Below, piece by piece: positions 40,237 to 50,105 of a DNA stretch of 64,000 nucleotides. Positions within the stretch are counted from its first letter, which is position 1. Every line of letters begins with the position of its first letter. This DNA is from an uncultured Gemmatimonadales bacterium (GTDB taxonomy: Bacteria > Gemmatimonadota > Gemmatimonadetes > Longimicrobiales > RSA9), in contig OY970192.1 in NCBI GenBank assembly GCA_963708135.1, positions 4,064,001-4,128,000 of the forward strand, read 5' to 3'. The notes under the pieces are model-generated. The model ran no database searches, had not been told where the DNA came from, and worked only from the letters and a program-made list of their open reading frames with translations. Position numbers and translations under genes: made by a program.

Positions 40237-40368
40237 ATGCCGCTGCCGCACCGACGCCGGTCCCCTCCGGTACGGCTCTTGATCAGAGGCCCGGCGTGAG
40301 GGCAGGCGGGGCTCGCGGCCGGCACGGCCGGCGCGGCTCCGCATGGCGATCTCCGACGCGAGGAGCCG

Positions 40369-41664
40369 ATGGCCACCGGGCAGCGCGGGGCGGAGCGGAA
40401 GTCGGTCTGGGAGCTGTTCACGGAGCGGCGCATGGTGGCGCTGCTGCTGCTCGGCTTCTCCTCGGGCATGCCGCTCTACCTCATGACGCGGACGCTCCAG
40501 GCGTGGATGACGGTGGCGAAGGTGGACCTCGGCACCATCGGCTTCTTCAGCCTGGCCGCGCTCCCCGTCTCGCTCAAGTTCCTGTGGGCGCCCGTCCTCG
40601 ACCGCTACGTGCCGCCGATCCTCGGGCGCCGGCGCGGCTGGCTGCTGATCACGCAGGTGGCGCTGCTCATCGCGATCGCGGCCATGGGGCTGCACGACCC
40701 GCGCATCGGGCTGGCGGCGCTGGCCGCGAACACGGTGCTGATCGCGTTCCTCAGCGCGTCGCAGGACATCGTGGGCGACGCGTACCGCACCGACCTGCTC
40801 GAGGAGCGGGCCATGGGCGCCGGCGCGGCCGTGTGGGTGCTCGGCTACCGCATCGCGCTCCTCGTCACCGGCTCGCTCGCCTTCGTGCTCGCCGACCACA
40901 TCGGCTGGCGGCTGACCTACGCGCTCATGTCGCTGCTCATGCTGGTGGGCATCGTCACGGACTTCTGGGCGCCGGAGCCCGCGGGCGAGAACCGGCCCCC
41001 GGCCAGCCTCTACCAGGCCGTGTGGCTGCCCTTCCGCGACTTCTTCCAGCGCGCCGGGACCTGGACCGCGATCCTCATCCTGGTCTTCGTCGTCCTCTAC
41101 AAGCTGCCCGACAACCTGGCCATCGGCATGTCCACGCCGTTCCTGCTCCAGATGGGGTTCACGGAGACGGAGATCGGCACGGTGGTGGGCGCGGTCGGGC
41201 TGGGCGCGACGATCGTGGGGTCGCTGGTGGGCGGCGGGGTGGTGGAGCGGCTGGCGCTGAACCGCTCGCTGTGGGTGGTGCTGGTGGGACAGGCGCTCAG
41301 CCAGCTCGGCTACCTCGCCCTCGCCCTGCGCGGCCACAGCTTCCCGTTCATGGTCGCGGCGGTCGTGCTCGAGAACTTCGTCTACGGCATGGTGACCACC
41401 GTCTTCATCGCCTACCTCATGAGCCTGTGCAGCAAGCGCTTCTCGGCCACGCAGTACGCCCTGCTGTCGAGCCTCATGGCGGTGAGCCGCGACCTCTTCA
41501 TCTCGCCGGCGGGAGAGCTGGCCAAGGCGACCGGCTGGTCCGGCTTCTTCCTGGTCGCGCTCGTCTCCGGCATCCCGCCGCTCCTCATGCTGCCCTGGCT
41601 CGCCCCCTGGCGCGGCGAGCACCCCACGGGCGCCGCGGAGCACACGGGGGCGCAGGCGGCCTGA
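40369..41664 (+). CDS. ampG: AmpG-family muropeptide MFS transporter
   Basis: LGFSSGMP, KFLWAPVLD, GRRRGWLL, SASQDIVGDAYR, ATQYALLSS. Confidence 0.92.
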   Translation: MATGQRGAERKSVWELFTERRMVALLLLGFSSGMPLYLMTRTLQAWMTVAKVDLGTIGFFSLAALPVSLKFLWAPVLDRYVPPILGRRRGWLLITQVALLIAIAAMGLHDPRIGLAALAANTVLIAFLSASQDIVGDAYRTDLLEERAMGAGAAVWVLGYRIALLVTGSLAFVLADHIGWRLTYALMSLLMLVGIVTDFWAPEPAGENRPPASLYQAVWLPFRDFFQRAGTWTAILILVFVVLYKLPDNLAIGMSTPFLLQMGFTETEIGTVVGAVGLGATIVGSLVGGGVVERLALNRSLWVVLVGQALSQLGYLALALRGHSFPFMVAAVVLENFVYGMVTTVFIAYLMSLCSKRFSATQYALLSSLMAVSRDLFISPAGELAKATGWSGFFLVALVSGIPPLLMLPWLAPWRGEHPTGAAEHTGAQAA

Positions 41665-41738
41665 GGCGAGGCGCCCCCGTGGCCCGCGCCCGCCGCGGGG
41701 GCGCGCGCGGGCGGCGAGGCGCGCGGCGGCGACGTCGC

Positions 41739-43175
41739 CTACGGCACCTTCTTCGCGGTGGCGTCCTGCCCGCCCTGGTGCAGCACCACGGCCGAGACGG
41801 CACCCGCCGAGTCGGTGACGAAAGTGAACTGCGCGTCCACCTCCTTCGCGAAGAAGTCCTTCTCGCCGTAGGGCCAGATGCGCAGCTTGCCCTGCCCGGT
41901 CGGCTGCACGTAGAGCGCGTCGCCCGCACGCGTGACCACGAGCTGGAAGCTCGGCGCGAGCTCGTACGTGCCGACGAAGCGCCCGAGCGCATCCGAGGAG
42001 AGCGCGATCACCGGGAACTGCCTGGCCGGGGCCGGCGCCGGCGCGAGCGGGATGGTCGGGTCCAGCAGGTGGAAGCCAATGTCGTCCGCGCCTGCCCCGC
42101 CGGTGTTCGTCAGCACCACCACGGCGACCTTCCGGACCGGGTCCATGCCGACGAAGCTGCGGTAGCCGCCGGTGCCGCCGTTGTGCCAGACGATGTCCAT
42201 GGCGCCCCGGTGCAGGATGAGCCAGTTCAGGCCGATGCCGGTGCCGGGGATCGTCGTCTTTGCGCGCTCCTGGTGGGAGAAGGCCATGGCCTTCCCCAGC
42301 GGCCCGCGCTCCGGATGCAGGCTGGCATCGAGGAACTTCAGCATGTCGCTCGCGGTCGAGCGGATGGCGCCCGCCCCCGCCAGCGTCGGGATGTCCCAGT
42401 TCGAGACCACCTTCCCCTGCTCGTCGTGGCCGAGCGCCAGGTGCTGCTTCATCCACGGCGTGAAGGTGATCGCGGTGTGCGACATGCCGAGCGGCTTCCA
42501 GACGCGCTCCCGCACCATCTCCTCGTACGACTTGCCGGCGCGCAGCGCCAGCGCGTGGCCGAGCAGGCCCACGCCGAGGTTCGAGTACTCGAACTTCTCG
42601 CCCGGGTCGCGCGTGAGCTGGTACCCCGACAGGAAGTCGTACAGCTGCTGGACCGTGTAGTCCCTGTACGGGTTCTGCGGGTCCTTCGGGTGGAAGTTGT
42701 CCGGCATCCGCGGCAGCCCCGAGTTCTGCTCCGAAAGCTCGCCGAGGGTGATCTGCCTCCCGTCCCGCGTCGGCATCGTTACGCCCGCCGGCAGGTACTT
42801 CTGCACCGGGTCGTCCAGCGCCACCTGACCCCTGCCCACCATGTCCGCCAGCACCGTGGCCGTGAACACCTTCGAGACCGAGCCGATCTCGAACACCGTG
42901 TTCGCGTCGAGCGCCGGCTGACCCTTGCCCGGGTCGCCCCAGGCGACGACGCGTGTCTTGCCGCCCGGCTCGAGCAGCCCCACCACGATCCCCGCGCTCC
43001 GCTTCTCCGCCACGCGCTGCTTGAGGATCGAGAGCACCGCCGAGTCGGGCGGAAAGCCCTCCACGGGCCCGACCTGCGCGCGGCCGGCCGAGGGGCCCAG
43101 CAGGCCGGCGGCGAGCAGCGAGAGGAGCGCGGCCAGCGGCGCGCGCCGGCATCGGCGGGTCGGGATACGGCTCAT
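41739..43175 (-). CDS. Exported serine hydrolase (class C beta-lactamase/D-Ala-D-Ala peptidase-like) with C-terminal DUF3471-like domain
   Basis: Signal peptide, FEIGSVSK (SxxK), YSN, WHNGGTGG. Confidence 0.9.
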   Translation of the reverse strand: MSRIPTRRCRRAPLAALLSLLAAGLLGPSAGRAQVGPVEGFPPDSAVLSILKQRVAEKRSAGIVVGLLEPGGKTRVVAWGDPGKGQPALDANTVFEIGSVSKVFTATVLADMVGRGQVALDDPVQKYLPAGVTMPTRDGRQITLGELSEQNSGLPRMPDNFHPKDPQNPYRDYTVQQLYDFLSGYQLTRDPGEKFEYSNLGVGLLGHALALRAGKSYEEMVRERVWKPLGMSHTAITFTPWMKQHLALGHDEQGKVVSNWDIPTLAGAGAIRSTASDMLKFLDASLHPERGPLGKAMAFSHQERAKTTIPGTGIGLNWLILHRGAMDIVWHNGGTGGYRSFVGMDPVRKVAVVVLTNTGGAGADDIGFHLLDPTIPLAPAPAPARQFPVIALSSDALGRFVGTYELAPSFQLVVTRAGDALYVQPTGQGKLRIWPYGEKDFFAKEVDAQFTFVTDSAGAVSAVVLHQGGQDATAKKVP

Positions 43176-43243
43176 GGGAGTCCTCCACGGCGGGGGCCCG
43201 GGACGCCTGGATGGACGGTCCCGGAGGTGCCTGCGTCCGGCTG

Positions 43244-43281
43244 TTGTATACAGAATAGCGGCGCGGGCCGAAGCCGGGCAA
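43244..43281 (-). promoter_or_regulatory. Promoter of the serine hydrolase overlapped by a GntR-like operator
   Basis: TTGCCC-18 nt-TATTCT, with CTGTATACAA (43244-43253) overlapping the -10/TSS region. Confidence 0.55.
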
Positions 43282-43510
43282 CGCCCGCCGGCATGGAGGC
43301 TGTTGGTGCGCGCGCCGCCGCGCCCTATCTTGGGCCCTGGCCTCCGCGCCGCCGCGCGGCCGGCGGAGCAAGCCCCCGGTTCCCCCGCCGGCCGCGCCAC
43401 CACTCCCGACCAGACGCTCAGAGCACACCGCCGCAGATCGAGCAGCGTGCATCCGGGCCGGACGCCGACGCTCCCTGTCCCGCGCGCCGCCAGCGGTTCG
43501 GGATCGTCGG

Positions 43511-43520
43511 CTGTATACAG
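43511..43520. promoter_or_regulatory. Second GntR-like palindromic operator
   Basis: Perfect palindrome CTGTATACAG about 95 nt upstream of the amidohydrolase. Confidence 0.5.
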
Positions 43521-43614
43521 AGGTGGCGCGGGGAGCCGGGCGCGACCGGCGGCCGCCGCGCACCGACGGACCCGCTGGTCCGTTCCCTGTGCGAGTCCGA
43601 CTCGAGGAGGTCCG

Positions 43615-44631
43615 ATGATCGTCGATGTCCACAACCACTACTTCCCTCCCGAGTTCCTGGACGCGGTCCGGCGCGGACCCAGCCGGTTCCGCGTCACGGA
43701 GGACGCGGATGGCAACCCGGTCCTCCACTCGCCCGGCGACTACAACGTGGCGGTGCGCGGGCACCGGGACATCGGCTACCGCGCGGGCGTGCTGGAGGCG
43801 GCGGGCGTGGACACGCAGCTGCTCAGCTTCACGGCTCCGGGGACGACGATCGAGACGCCGGAGCGGGCGGTCGAGCTGGCCGCGCTGGTGAACGACTGCC
43901 TGGCGGCCGTGGTCGCCGAGCGCTCGCCCCGCTTCGCGGCGCTGGCCACCCTGCCGCTCACGGTCCCCGAGGCCGCCGCCGCGGAGCTCGAGCGCGCGAT
44001 GGGCAGCCTCCACCTCCCGGGGGCGATGCTCTACGGCAACGCGGCCGGCGTGCCGCTCGCCGACGACCGATTCCGCCCGCTCTGGGAGTCCGCCGACGCC
44101 CGCGGCGCCGTGCTCTACATCCACCCGACCTACCCGCTCGGCGTCGAGGCGATGACCAGCTACATGCTGATGCCCCTCGTCGGCTTCCTCTTCGACACCA
44201 CCCTTGCCGCCGCTCACCTGGTCTTCGCCGGGATCCCCGAGCGCTACCCGCGCATCCGCTGGGTGCTCGGCCACCTCGGCGGCGCCATCCCCTACCTCGC
44301 CGAGCGCCTGGACCGCGGCTTCACGGCCTTTCCGGTCTGCCGCGCGCACCTCTCCCGACGGCCCAGCGAGGTGCTGCGCGAGTTCTACTACGACACCGTC
44401 AACTTCGACCCCGCCGCGCTGCGCCTTGCCCTCGGCTTCGCCGGGCCGCGCCAGATCCTGGCCGGCAGCGACTACCCGCACATGATCGGCAGCATCGAGG
44501 GCATGCTCTCGAGCATCCGCGGGCTCGACCTCCCCGCCGATCAGCAGATGGCCGTCCTCGGCGCAAACGCCGCGCGGCTGCTGGGGCTGGACGGGCGCGG
44601 CGCCGACGCGCGGCCACTACCGGCCCGCTGA
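43615..44631 (+). CDS. Amidohydrolase_2 family protein (ACMSD-like)
   Basis: RBS GAGGAGG; DVHNH, YIHP, GHLGGAIPY, YYDT, GSDYPH. Confidence 0.9.
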   Translation: MIVDVHNHYFPPEFLDAVRRGPSRFRVTEDADGNPVLHSPGDYNVAVRGHRDIGYRAGVLEAAGVDTQLLSFTAPGTTIETPERAVELAALVNDCLAAVVAERSPRFAALATLPLTVPEAAAAELERAMGSLHLPGAMLYGNAAGVPLADDRFRPLWESADARGAVLYIHPTYPLGVEAMTSYMLMPLVGFLFDTTLAAAHLVFAGIPERYPRIRWVLGHLGGAIPYLAERLDRGFTAFPVCRAHLSRRPSEVLREFYYDTVNFDPAALRLALGFAGPRQILAGSDYPHMIGSIEGMLSSIRGLDLPADQQMAVLGANAARLLGLDGRGADARPLPAR

Positions 44632-44894
44632 GGCATGCCCGGCGCGCGTCTGTTCGACCGGCACTTCGTCCCGCTCAGCAGGGGCAGCCGGTCAGCCGAA
44701 TAGGCAACCAGGCCTTCCTCGTAGCGTCGATGTTCCGGACCATGCGCGCCGCCGGGTCCGCGCGCGGCTTCCTGGCCGTCGAGCCCGCACCAAAGCCGGG
44801 GCCGGCCGCCTCCGAGCCGGCCCCGCCCGCCCCCGTCGAAAGCGTATCAATTTCCTGAGGAGCGGGAGGTCTGCGACACTCCGGCCGCCGCCCC

Positions 44895-44924
44895 TTGACG
44901 GTGCACGAGCAGTCCCGTTACGTT
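44895..44924 (+). promoter_or_regulatory. Sigma70-type promoter about 560 nt upstream of susC
   Basis: TTGACG-18 nt-TACGTT. Confidence 0.5.
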
Positions 44925-45485
44925 CGCACGACCCAGCCACCCACAGGCCGTTCCGCGGGCGAGCCCCACGAGGGGGCGTCACGATCTCGCCTGCTGCCAC
45001 GTTATCGCCATAACGGGCCTGTGGCCGGGCCGCATTCCTCCCTCAACGCAGTGCATTCGACAGGCGGGCCCCGCGGTTCCGACCGCGGGTTGAGCACGCC
45101 GGACGTCCCCCATCCGTCCGGCAACCCCTGACGACCGAGCGACGGCATCACGACCCGTCGTGAGCGGCGCGGCAGCGAGCGTCGCATACAGTGTTGGTTT
45201 CGCCGCTGTCGGCAGGACCACACGCGAGGCTGGACCCCGACGTCACGACTCCGCCCGGACCGGCCGGGCGGGCGGCGATCCCCGGACGCCGCAGCGCACG
45301 AAGCACTCGACACGAAGGAACAAGGACACCTCTCGCGCGGCGCCCGGCCCGGAGGCCGGTCGTGCGCGTGCCCCGCGCCCCTTCCGGGTCGCGGGCAGCG
45401 GGTGGCCGGCGCTGGCCGCGCTGCAGCGCCGCGTTCCGGCACGAGTCTTCGGGCGGCAGCACTCGTATCCACCTCAGGAGGAACA

Positions 45486-48400
45486 ATGGCTCCACCCACA
45501 GTCCACGGTGCGCGCCTGGCGCTCGCACTGGCGGCCGCGGCGGTGATGGCCGCCGCGGGAGGCGGTCCCGCGCTCGCGCAGGGGACCGGCGTCGTTCGCG
45601 GTCACGTCACCGATGCGGCGACCGGCCGATCCCTCACGGGGGCGCAGGTCGCGCTGCAGGGGACGCGGCGCGGCGCTCTGGCCGATGATCAGGGCGCCTA
45701 CATCATCCGGGATGTGCCGCCCGGGACCTACACGGTCCACGTCGAGAACCTCGGGTTCAAAGCCGTGGACAAGCAAGCGACGGTGCAGTCGGACGCGACG
45801 GCGACGGTCAACTTCACGATGGCGCAGGAGGCCATCGCGATGAACGAGCTGGTGGTGACCGGCACCGTCGGGCGGACGACCAAGCGCGCGATCGGCAACA
45901 GCGTCTCGACGGTCCAGGCGTCGAAGATCACGGAGGCGGCGCCGATCCAGAACGTGCAGGAGCTGCTGACGGCGCGGACGCCGGGTGTCACGATCATGTC
46001 GAACTCGGGGCAGGCGGGCTCGGCCTCGAAGATCCGGATCCGCGGCGCGGGCTCGCTGTCGGCGGGCCTGGAGCCGGTGATCTACGTGGATGGCATCCGC
46101 GTCTCGAACGGCGTGCAGGATGGCTACAACACCGGGGGCGGGCTGGTCCAGGGGACGAGCGCGCTGGACGCGATCAACCCCGAGGACATCGAGTCGATCC
46201 AGGTGATCAAGGGGCCCGCGGCCGCGACGCTTTACGGCGCGGACGCGGCGCCGGGCGTGATCCAGATCATCACGAAGAAGGGCCGCATGTCGGGCGGCGG
46301 CGTGAAGTGGACGGCCGCCTACGAGCAGGGCCAGACGGCCTGGCACGTGGGCAATCCGATCAACTACTGGCTGTGCACGCCGTCCGAGATCGCGAACACG
46401 GCGACCTATCCCGGCTGCTCGCAGTTCGACCCGAATTCGGCGCCGGAGCAGCGGCTGCTGGTGGACAACCCGCTCCGGCGCAACACGAACGCGCTGCGCA
46501 CGGGCGGCCAGTACGACCTGAACCTGTCGGCGCGCGGCGGCGGCGAGAACTACAACTTCTACCTCTCGGGCGAGCGCTCGAACGAGGAAGGCGTCTTCTA
46601 CAACAACTACGCGCGCCGCACCTCGGGCCGGGCGAACTTCGGCTTCGTTCCCTCGGAGAAGCTGAACTTCAACGCGAGCGTGGCCTACGCGCAGACGCAC
46701 GAGCGCGAGCCACTGGCCAACAACGCGTCGAACAGCGTGCTGCGCAACGGGCTGCGCGGCCGCGCGGGCGCCGCGGACGATCCGTACGAGTTCGGCTTCA
46801 AGGGTTTCGGGCCGGAGCTCGCGAACCAGTACGACAACCAGACCTTCGGCGAGCGCACGACGATCGGGCTGACCACGAACTACAATACCTTCCCGTGGCT
46901 GCAGCAGAAGCTGACCGTCGGGCTGGACAAGCAGGACCGGCTCAACCGCGAGCTGTACACGATCGACCAGACGGGCAAGAAGCCGTGGGGCTCGACCGTC
47001 GCGAACGGCGCGGTCTACCGCTACATCCCGACCACCCACGTCTGGACCGTCGATTACAACGCCACGGCCACGGCCCGGATCAACGCCAACTACAACTCGG
47101 CGACGTCCTTCGGGATGCAGTACAACGACAAGAAGTACGAGTGGGACGAGACGATCGGCGAGGGCTTCGTCGCCGACAAGCTGAACCTGGTCAGCTCCGC
47201 CGCCACGACGCGCGCCGGACAGGGGCTCGTGCAGCAGACCTCGCTCGGCTTCTTCGGGCAGGAGCAGCTCAGCTTCAAGGACCGCCTCTACGGCACCGCG
47301 GCCGTCCGCATCGACAACAACTCGGCCTTCGGTGACAACTTCTCGCTCGTGGTCTACCCGAAGGCCTCGCTCTCGTACGTGATCTCCGACGAGAAGTGGT
47401 TCCACCTGCCGGCGGTGAACGAGCTGAAGCTGCGCGCCGCGTGGGGCGAGGCGGGCAACGCGCCCGACCCGTTCACGGCGGACCGCACCTACACCTCCGC
47501 GATCACGACCATCAGCGAGGTGCCGGCCAACCAGCTCACCTCCGCCTCCTACGGCAACCCCGACCTCCAGGCGGAGACGGGGCAGGAGGTCGAGCTCGGC
47601 TTCGACGGCTCGCTCCTGAACGGCCGCGCCGGCATCGAATTCACCTACTACAATCAGCAGACGAAGGACGCGCTGGTGCAGGTGCCCGATCCGCGCTCCG
47701 TCGGCTTCACGGGCAGCCACTACATCAACATCGGGCAGATCGCCAACAACGGTCTCGAGCTGGCGCTCACGGGCACGCCGATCCACACGCGGGCCGTGTC
47801 CTGGGATGCCCACCTCTCCCTCAGCACCAACCACAACAAGCTGGTCTCCTTCGGGCGCAACCCCGACGGCACTCCGGTCCTGGACGAGATCACCTTCGGT
47901 GCGTTCGCCTCGGTGCAGCGCCACCGCGAGGGGTATCCCCTGGGCGGCTTCTGGGCCACCGACGTGCAGCGCGACGCCAGCGGCAACCCGGTGCTCGACG
48001 CCAACGGCAGGGCGATCGTGCAGGACCACTGCGTGTGGCCGCCGCAGAGCGCGGGCGACTGCCAGGAAATCTACATGGGCCCGATGCTGCCCACCCGAGA
48101 GGCGTCGTTCGCGAACACCGTGACACTGTTCGGCAACCTGCAGCTGTTCGCCAACCTCGACTACAAGGGTGGCAACTACCAGTGGTGCGCCATCTGCTCG
48201 ATCCGCAGCCGTATCGACCGCAACACGTACGAGCTGAACGATCCGAGCGCCGGCACGAGCGACGCACAGAAGGCGGTGCTGCTCAGCCTGCAGACCAAGA
48301 CCTGGATCATGCCGGCCGACTTCCTGAAGCTGCGCGAGCTGTCGGCCACCTACACGCTGCCGAATTCGTGGGCGCACATGCTGCGCGTCGAGCGCGCCGC

Positions 48401-48560
48401 GTTCACCCTCTCCGCACGCAATTTCTGGATGTGGACCAAGTACAAGGGCACGGCGGACCCGGAGGTCACCTTCTACAGCCGGTCGAACTTCACCCAGCTC
48501 GACTACGCCTCGACGCCGATGACCCGGCGCCTGATGGCCTCCCTGCGCGTCTCCTTCTGA
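45486..48560 (+). CDS. SusC/RagA-family TonB-dependent outer membrane transporter
   Basis: RBS CAGGAGG, signal peptide, N-terminal carboxypeptidase-regulatory-like domain, ELVVTG TonB box, INPEDIESIQVIKGPAAATLYG, terminal F. Confidence 0.93.
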   Translation: MAPPTVHGARLALALAAAAVMAAAGGGPALAQGTGVVRGHVTDAATGRSLTGAQVALQGTRRGALADDQGAYIIRDVPPGTYTVHVENLGFKAVDKQATVQSDATATVNFTMAQEAIAMNELVVTGTVGRTTKRAIGNSVSTVQASKITEAAPIQNVQELLTARTPGVTIMSNSGQAGSASKIRIRGAGSLSAGLEPVIYVDGIRVSNGVQDGYNTGGGLVQGTSALDAINPEDIESIQVIKGPAAATLYGADAAPGVIQIITKKGRMSGGGVKWTAAYEQGQTAWHVGNPINYWLCTPSEIANTATYPGCSQFDPNSAPEQRLLVDNPLRRNTNALRTGGQYDLNLSARGGGENYNFYLSGERSNEEGVFYNNYARRTSGRANFGFVPSEKLNFNASVAYAQTHEREPLANNASNSVLRNGLRGRAGAADDPYEFGFKGFGPELANQYDNQTFGERTTIGLTTNYNTFPWLQQKLTVGLDKQDRLNRELYTIDQTGKKPWGSTVANGAVYRYIPTTHVWTVDYNATATARINANYNSATSFGMQYNDKKYEWDETIGEGFVADKLNLVSSAATTRAGQGLVQQTSLGFFGQEQLSFKDRLYGTAAVRIDNNSAFGDNFSLVVYPKASLSYVISDEKWFHLPAVNELKLRAAWGEAGNAPDPFTADRTYTSAITTISEVPANQLTSASYGNPDLQAETGQEVELGFDGSLLNGRAGIEFTYYNQQTKDALVQVPDPRSVGFTGSHYINIGQIANNGLELALTGTPIHTRAVSWDAHLSLSTNHNKLVSFGRNPDGTPVLDEITFGAFASVQRHREGYPLGGFWATDVQRDASGNPVLDANGRAIVQDHCVWPPQSAGDCQEIYMGPMLPTREASFANTVTLFGNLQLFANLDYKGGNYQWCAICSIRSRIDRNTYELNDPSAGTSDAQKAVLLSLQTKTWIMPADFLKLRELSATYTLPNSWAHMLRVERAAFTLSARNFWMWTKYKGTADPEVTFYSRSNFTQLDYASTPMTRRLMASLRVSF

Positions 48561-48599
48561 CGCCGCGTCCCGAACTGAAGGCCTAGAGAGGAAACCGAA

Positions 48600-49937
48600 A
48601 TGATCGGAATGCCAACCATCCGGCGCACGATCGCCCTCGCCGCGCTCGCGGGCGGGGCGGCGCTCGTCGGCGCGTGCGGCGTGGGGGACAAGCTGCTCAA
48701 GGTGGAGAACCCGGAGCAGCTCCCGGAAAGCGCCCTCAACGACCCCAAGCTCATCAACACGCTGGTCAACAGCGTGGTGGGCGACTTCCAGAACATGTAC
48801 TCCGACCCCGTCATCTGGCGCGGCAGCATGCTCACGGACGAGCAGGTGACCGGGATCAACTGGGAGCAGACGGCGCGCATCAACCTGCGCGTCATCAAGT
48901 ACAACGAGGGCGACGCCGACCTGATGTTCCGTGACATCAGCAAGGCGCGCGGGATGGCCGACAGCACGGCCGGCCGCTTCCGCACGCTGCTCGACAACCC
49001 GGACAGCGACGCGCGCCTGGCCAAGGTCCTCGCCTACGCCGGCTACGACTACATCCTGCTGGCGGAGGTGATGTGCCAGTCCACGGTGAACGAAGGGGCG
49101 ATCCAGCAGCCCAGCGACATGTTCGCCGCGGCGGTCACCCGGCTCACGGAGGCGCTCAAGATCGCGCAGGCCGCGGGCGCGGATGACATCGCCAACCTGG
49201 CCCGTGTGGGCCTCGCTCGCGCGAACCTCGGGCTCGGCAACAACGACCAGGTGAAGCTCTACGCCGCGCAGGTGCCGGCAGACTTCCACTACTGGGTCCA
49301 GTATGCGGCCGACCCGCCGGACCTGAACAACGTGATGTGGGACCGCGAGCAGGGGCAGAACCACGCGCTCGGCGTGCACCCCCACTTCCTGGACGGCGGC
49401 GCGTTCGGCGACCAGGACCTGACGAACCAGATGGACCCGCGGGTGCAGCACACCGTGGACTGGACCCACGGCCACAACGGTCTCACCAAGCTGTACAAGC
49501 CGTACCAGAGCATGCTGTACAGCGGCTACAACGGCCAGGCGATCGGCGAGGGAGGCAGCCCGGCAACCTACACGGCGGACATGAACATCGCGCTCGCCTC
49601 CGGAATCGAGGCGCAGCACGACTACGCCGAGGCCGACGGCCCGACGGCGGCGACGCTCGCCTTCGTGAACGAGCGCCGCGCGGTGGGCAACATGCCGCCC
49701 GTCACGCTTTCGGGTCACGACCTGATGCTCGAGCTGCACGAGCAACGCGGGCGGGACCTCTATCTGGCCGGCTTCCGGCTGGGCGACCTGCGCCGCTGGA
49801 AGGCACAGGGCGACGACCTCTTCCCGACCGGGCAGCACCCGAACGCGGAGTGGGGCGCCTACGGAGACGCTACCTGCTTCCCGCTGCCGAGCACCGAGTA
49901 CGAGTCGAACCCGAACATCTCGAAGCCCGGGAGCTGA
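48600..49937 (+). CDS. SusD/RagB-family surface lipoprotein
   Basis: Lipobox VGAC; C-terminal EQRGRDLYLAGFRLGDLRR..CFPLP..E..SNPN. Confidence 0.88.
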   Translation: MIGMPTIRRTIALAALAGGAALVGACGVGDKLLKVENPEQLPESALNDPKLINTLVNSVVGDFQNMYSDPVIWRGSMLTDEQVTGINWEQTARINLRVIKYNEGDADLMFRDISKARGMADSTAGRFRTLLDNPDSDARLAKVLAYAGYDYILLAEVMCQSTVNEGAIQQPSDMFAAAVTRLTEALKIAQAAGADDIANLARVGLARANLGLGNNDQVKLYAAQVPADFHYWVQYAADPPDLNNVMWDREQGQNHALGVHPHFLDGGAFGDQDLTNQMDPRVQHTVDWTHGHNGLTKLYKPYQSMLYSGYNGQAIGEGGSPATYTADMNIALASGIEAQHDYAEADGPTAATLAFVNERRAVGNMPPVTLSGHDLMLELHEQRGRDLYLAGFRLGDLRRWKAQGDDLFPTGQHPNAEWGAYGDATCFPLPSTEYESNPNISKPGS

Positions 49938-50105
49938 GGCGCCCCACTTCACGCGGGAGGTCGGCGCGGCCGGCCTCCCGTTCCGGGGGCGCGGCGGGTA
50001 ACCGTCGCGCCCCCGTTCTTCGGCCCCGGGATGCCCCCGGGGCCCAAGGCCGAGCGGCCCTTGCGCCTGCCGGCCGCGAAGTCGCCCCCTGGACAGGAGC
50101 AGACC

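Noticed and set aside
37403..40300. Intact prophage or ICE at tRNA-Asn
   Set aside because: No integrase, no att duplication of the tRNA 3' end, and no phage or conjugation genes found.
41739..43175. Bona fide antibiotic-resistance beta-lactamase next to ampG
   Set aside because: The HNG triad and DUF3471-like tail fit generic serine hydrolases/peptidases; it is convergent with ampG and there is no ampR.
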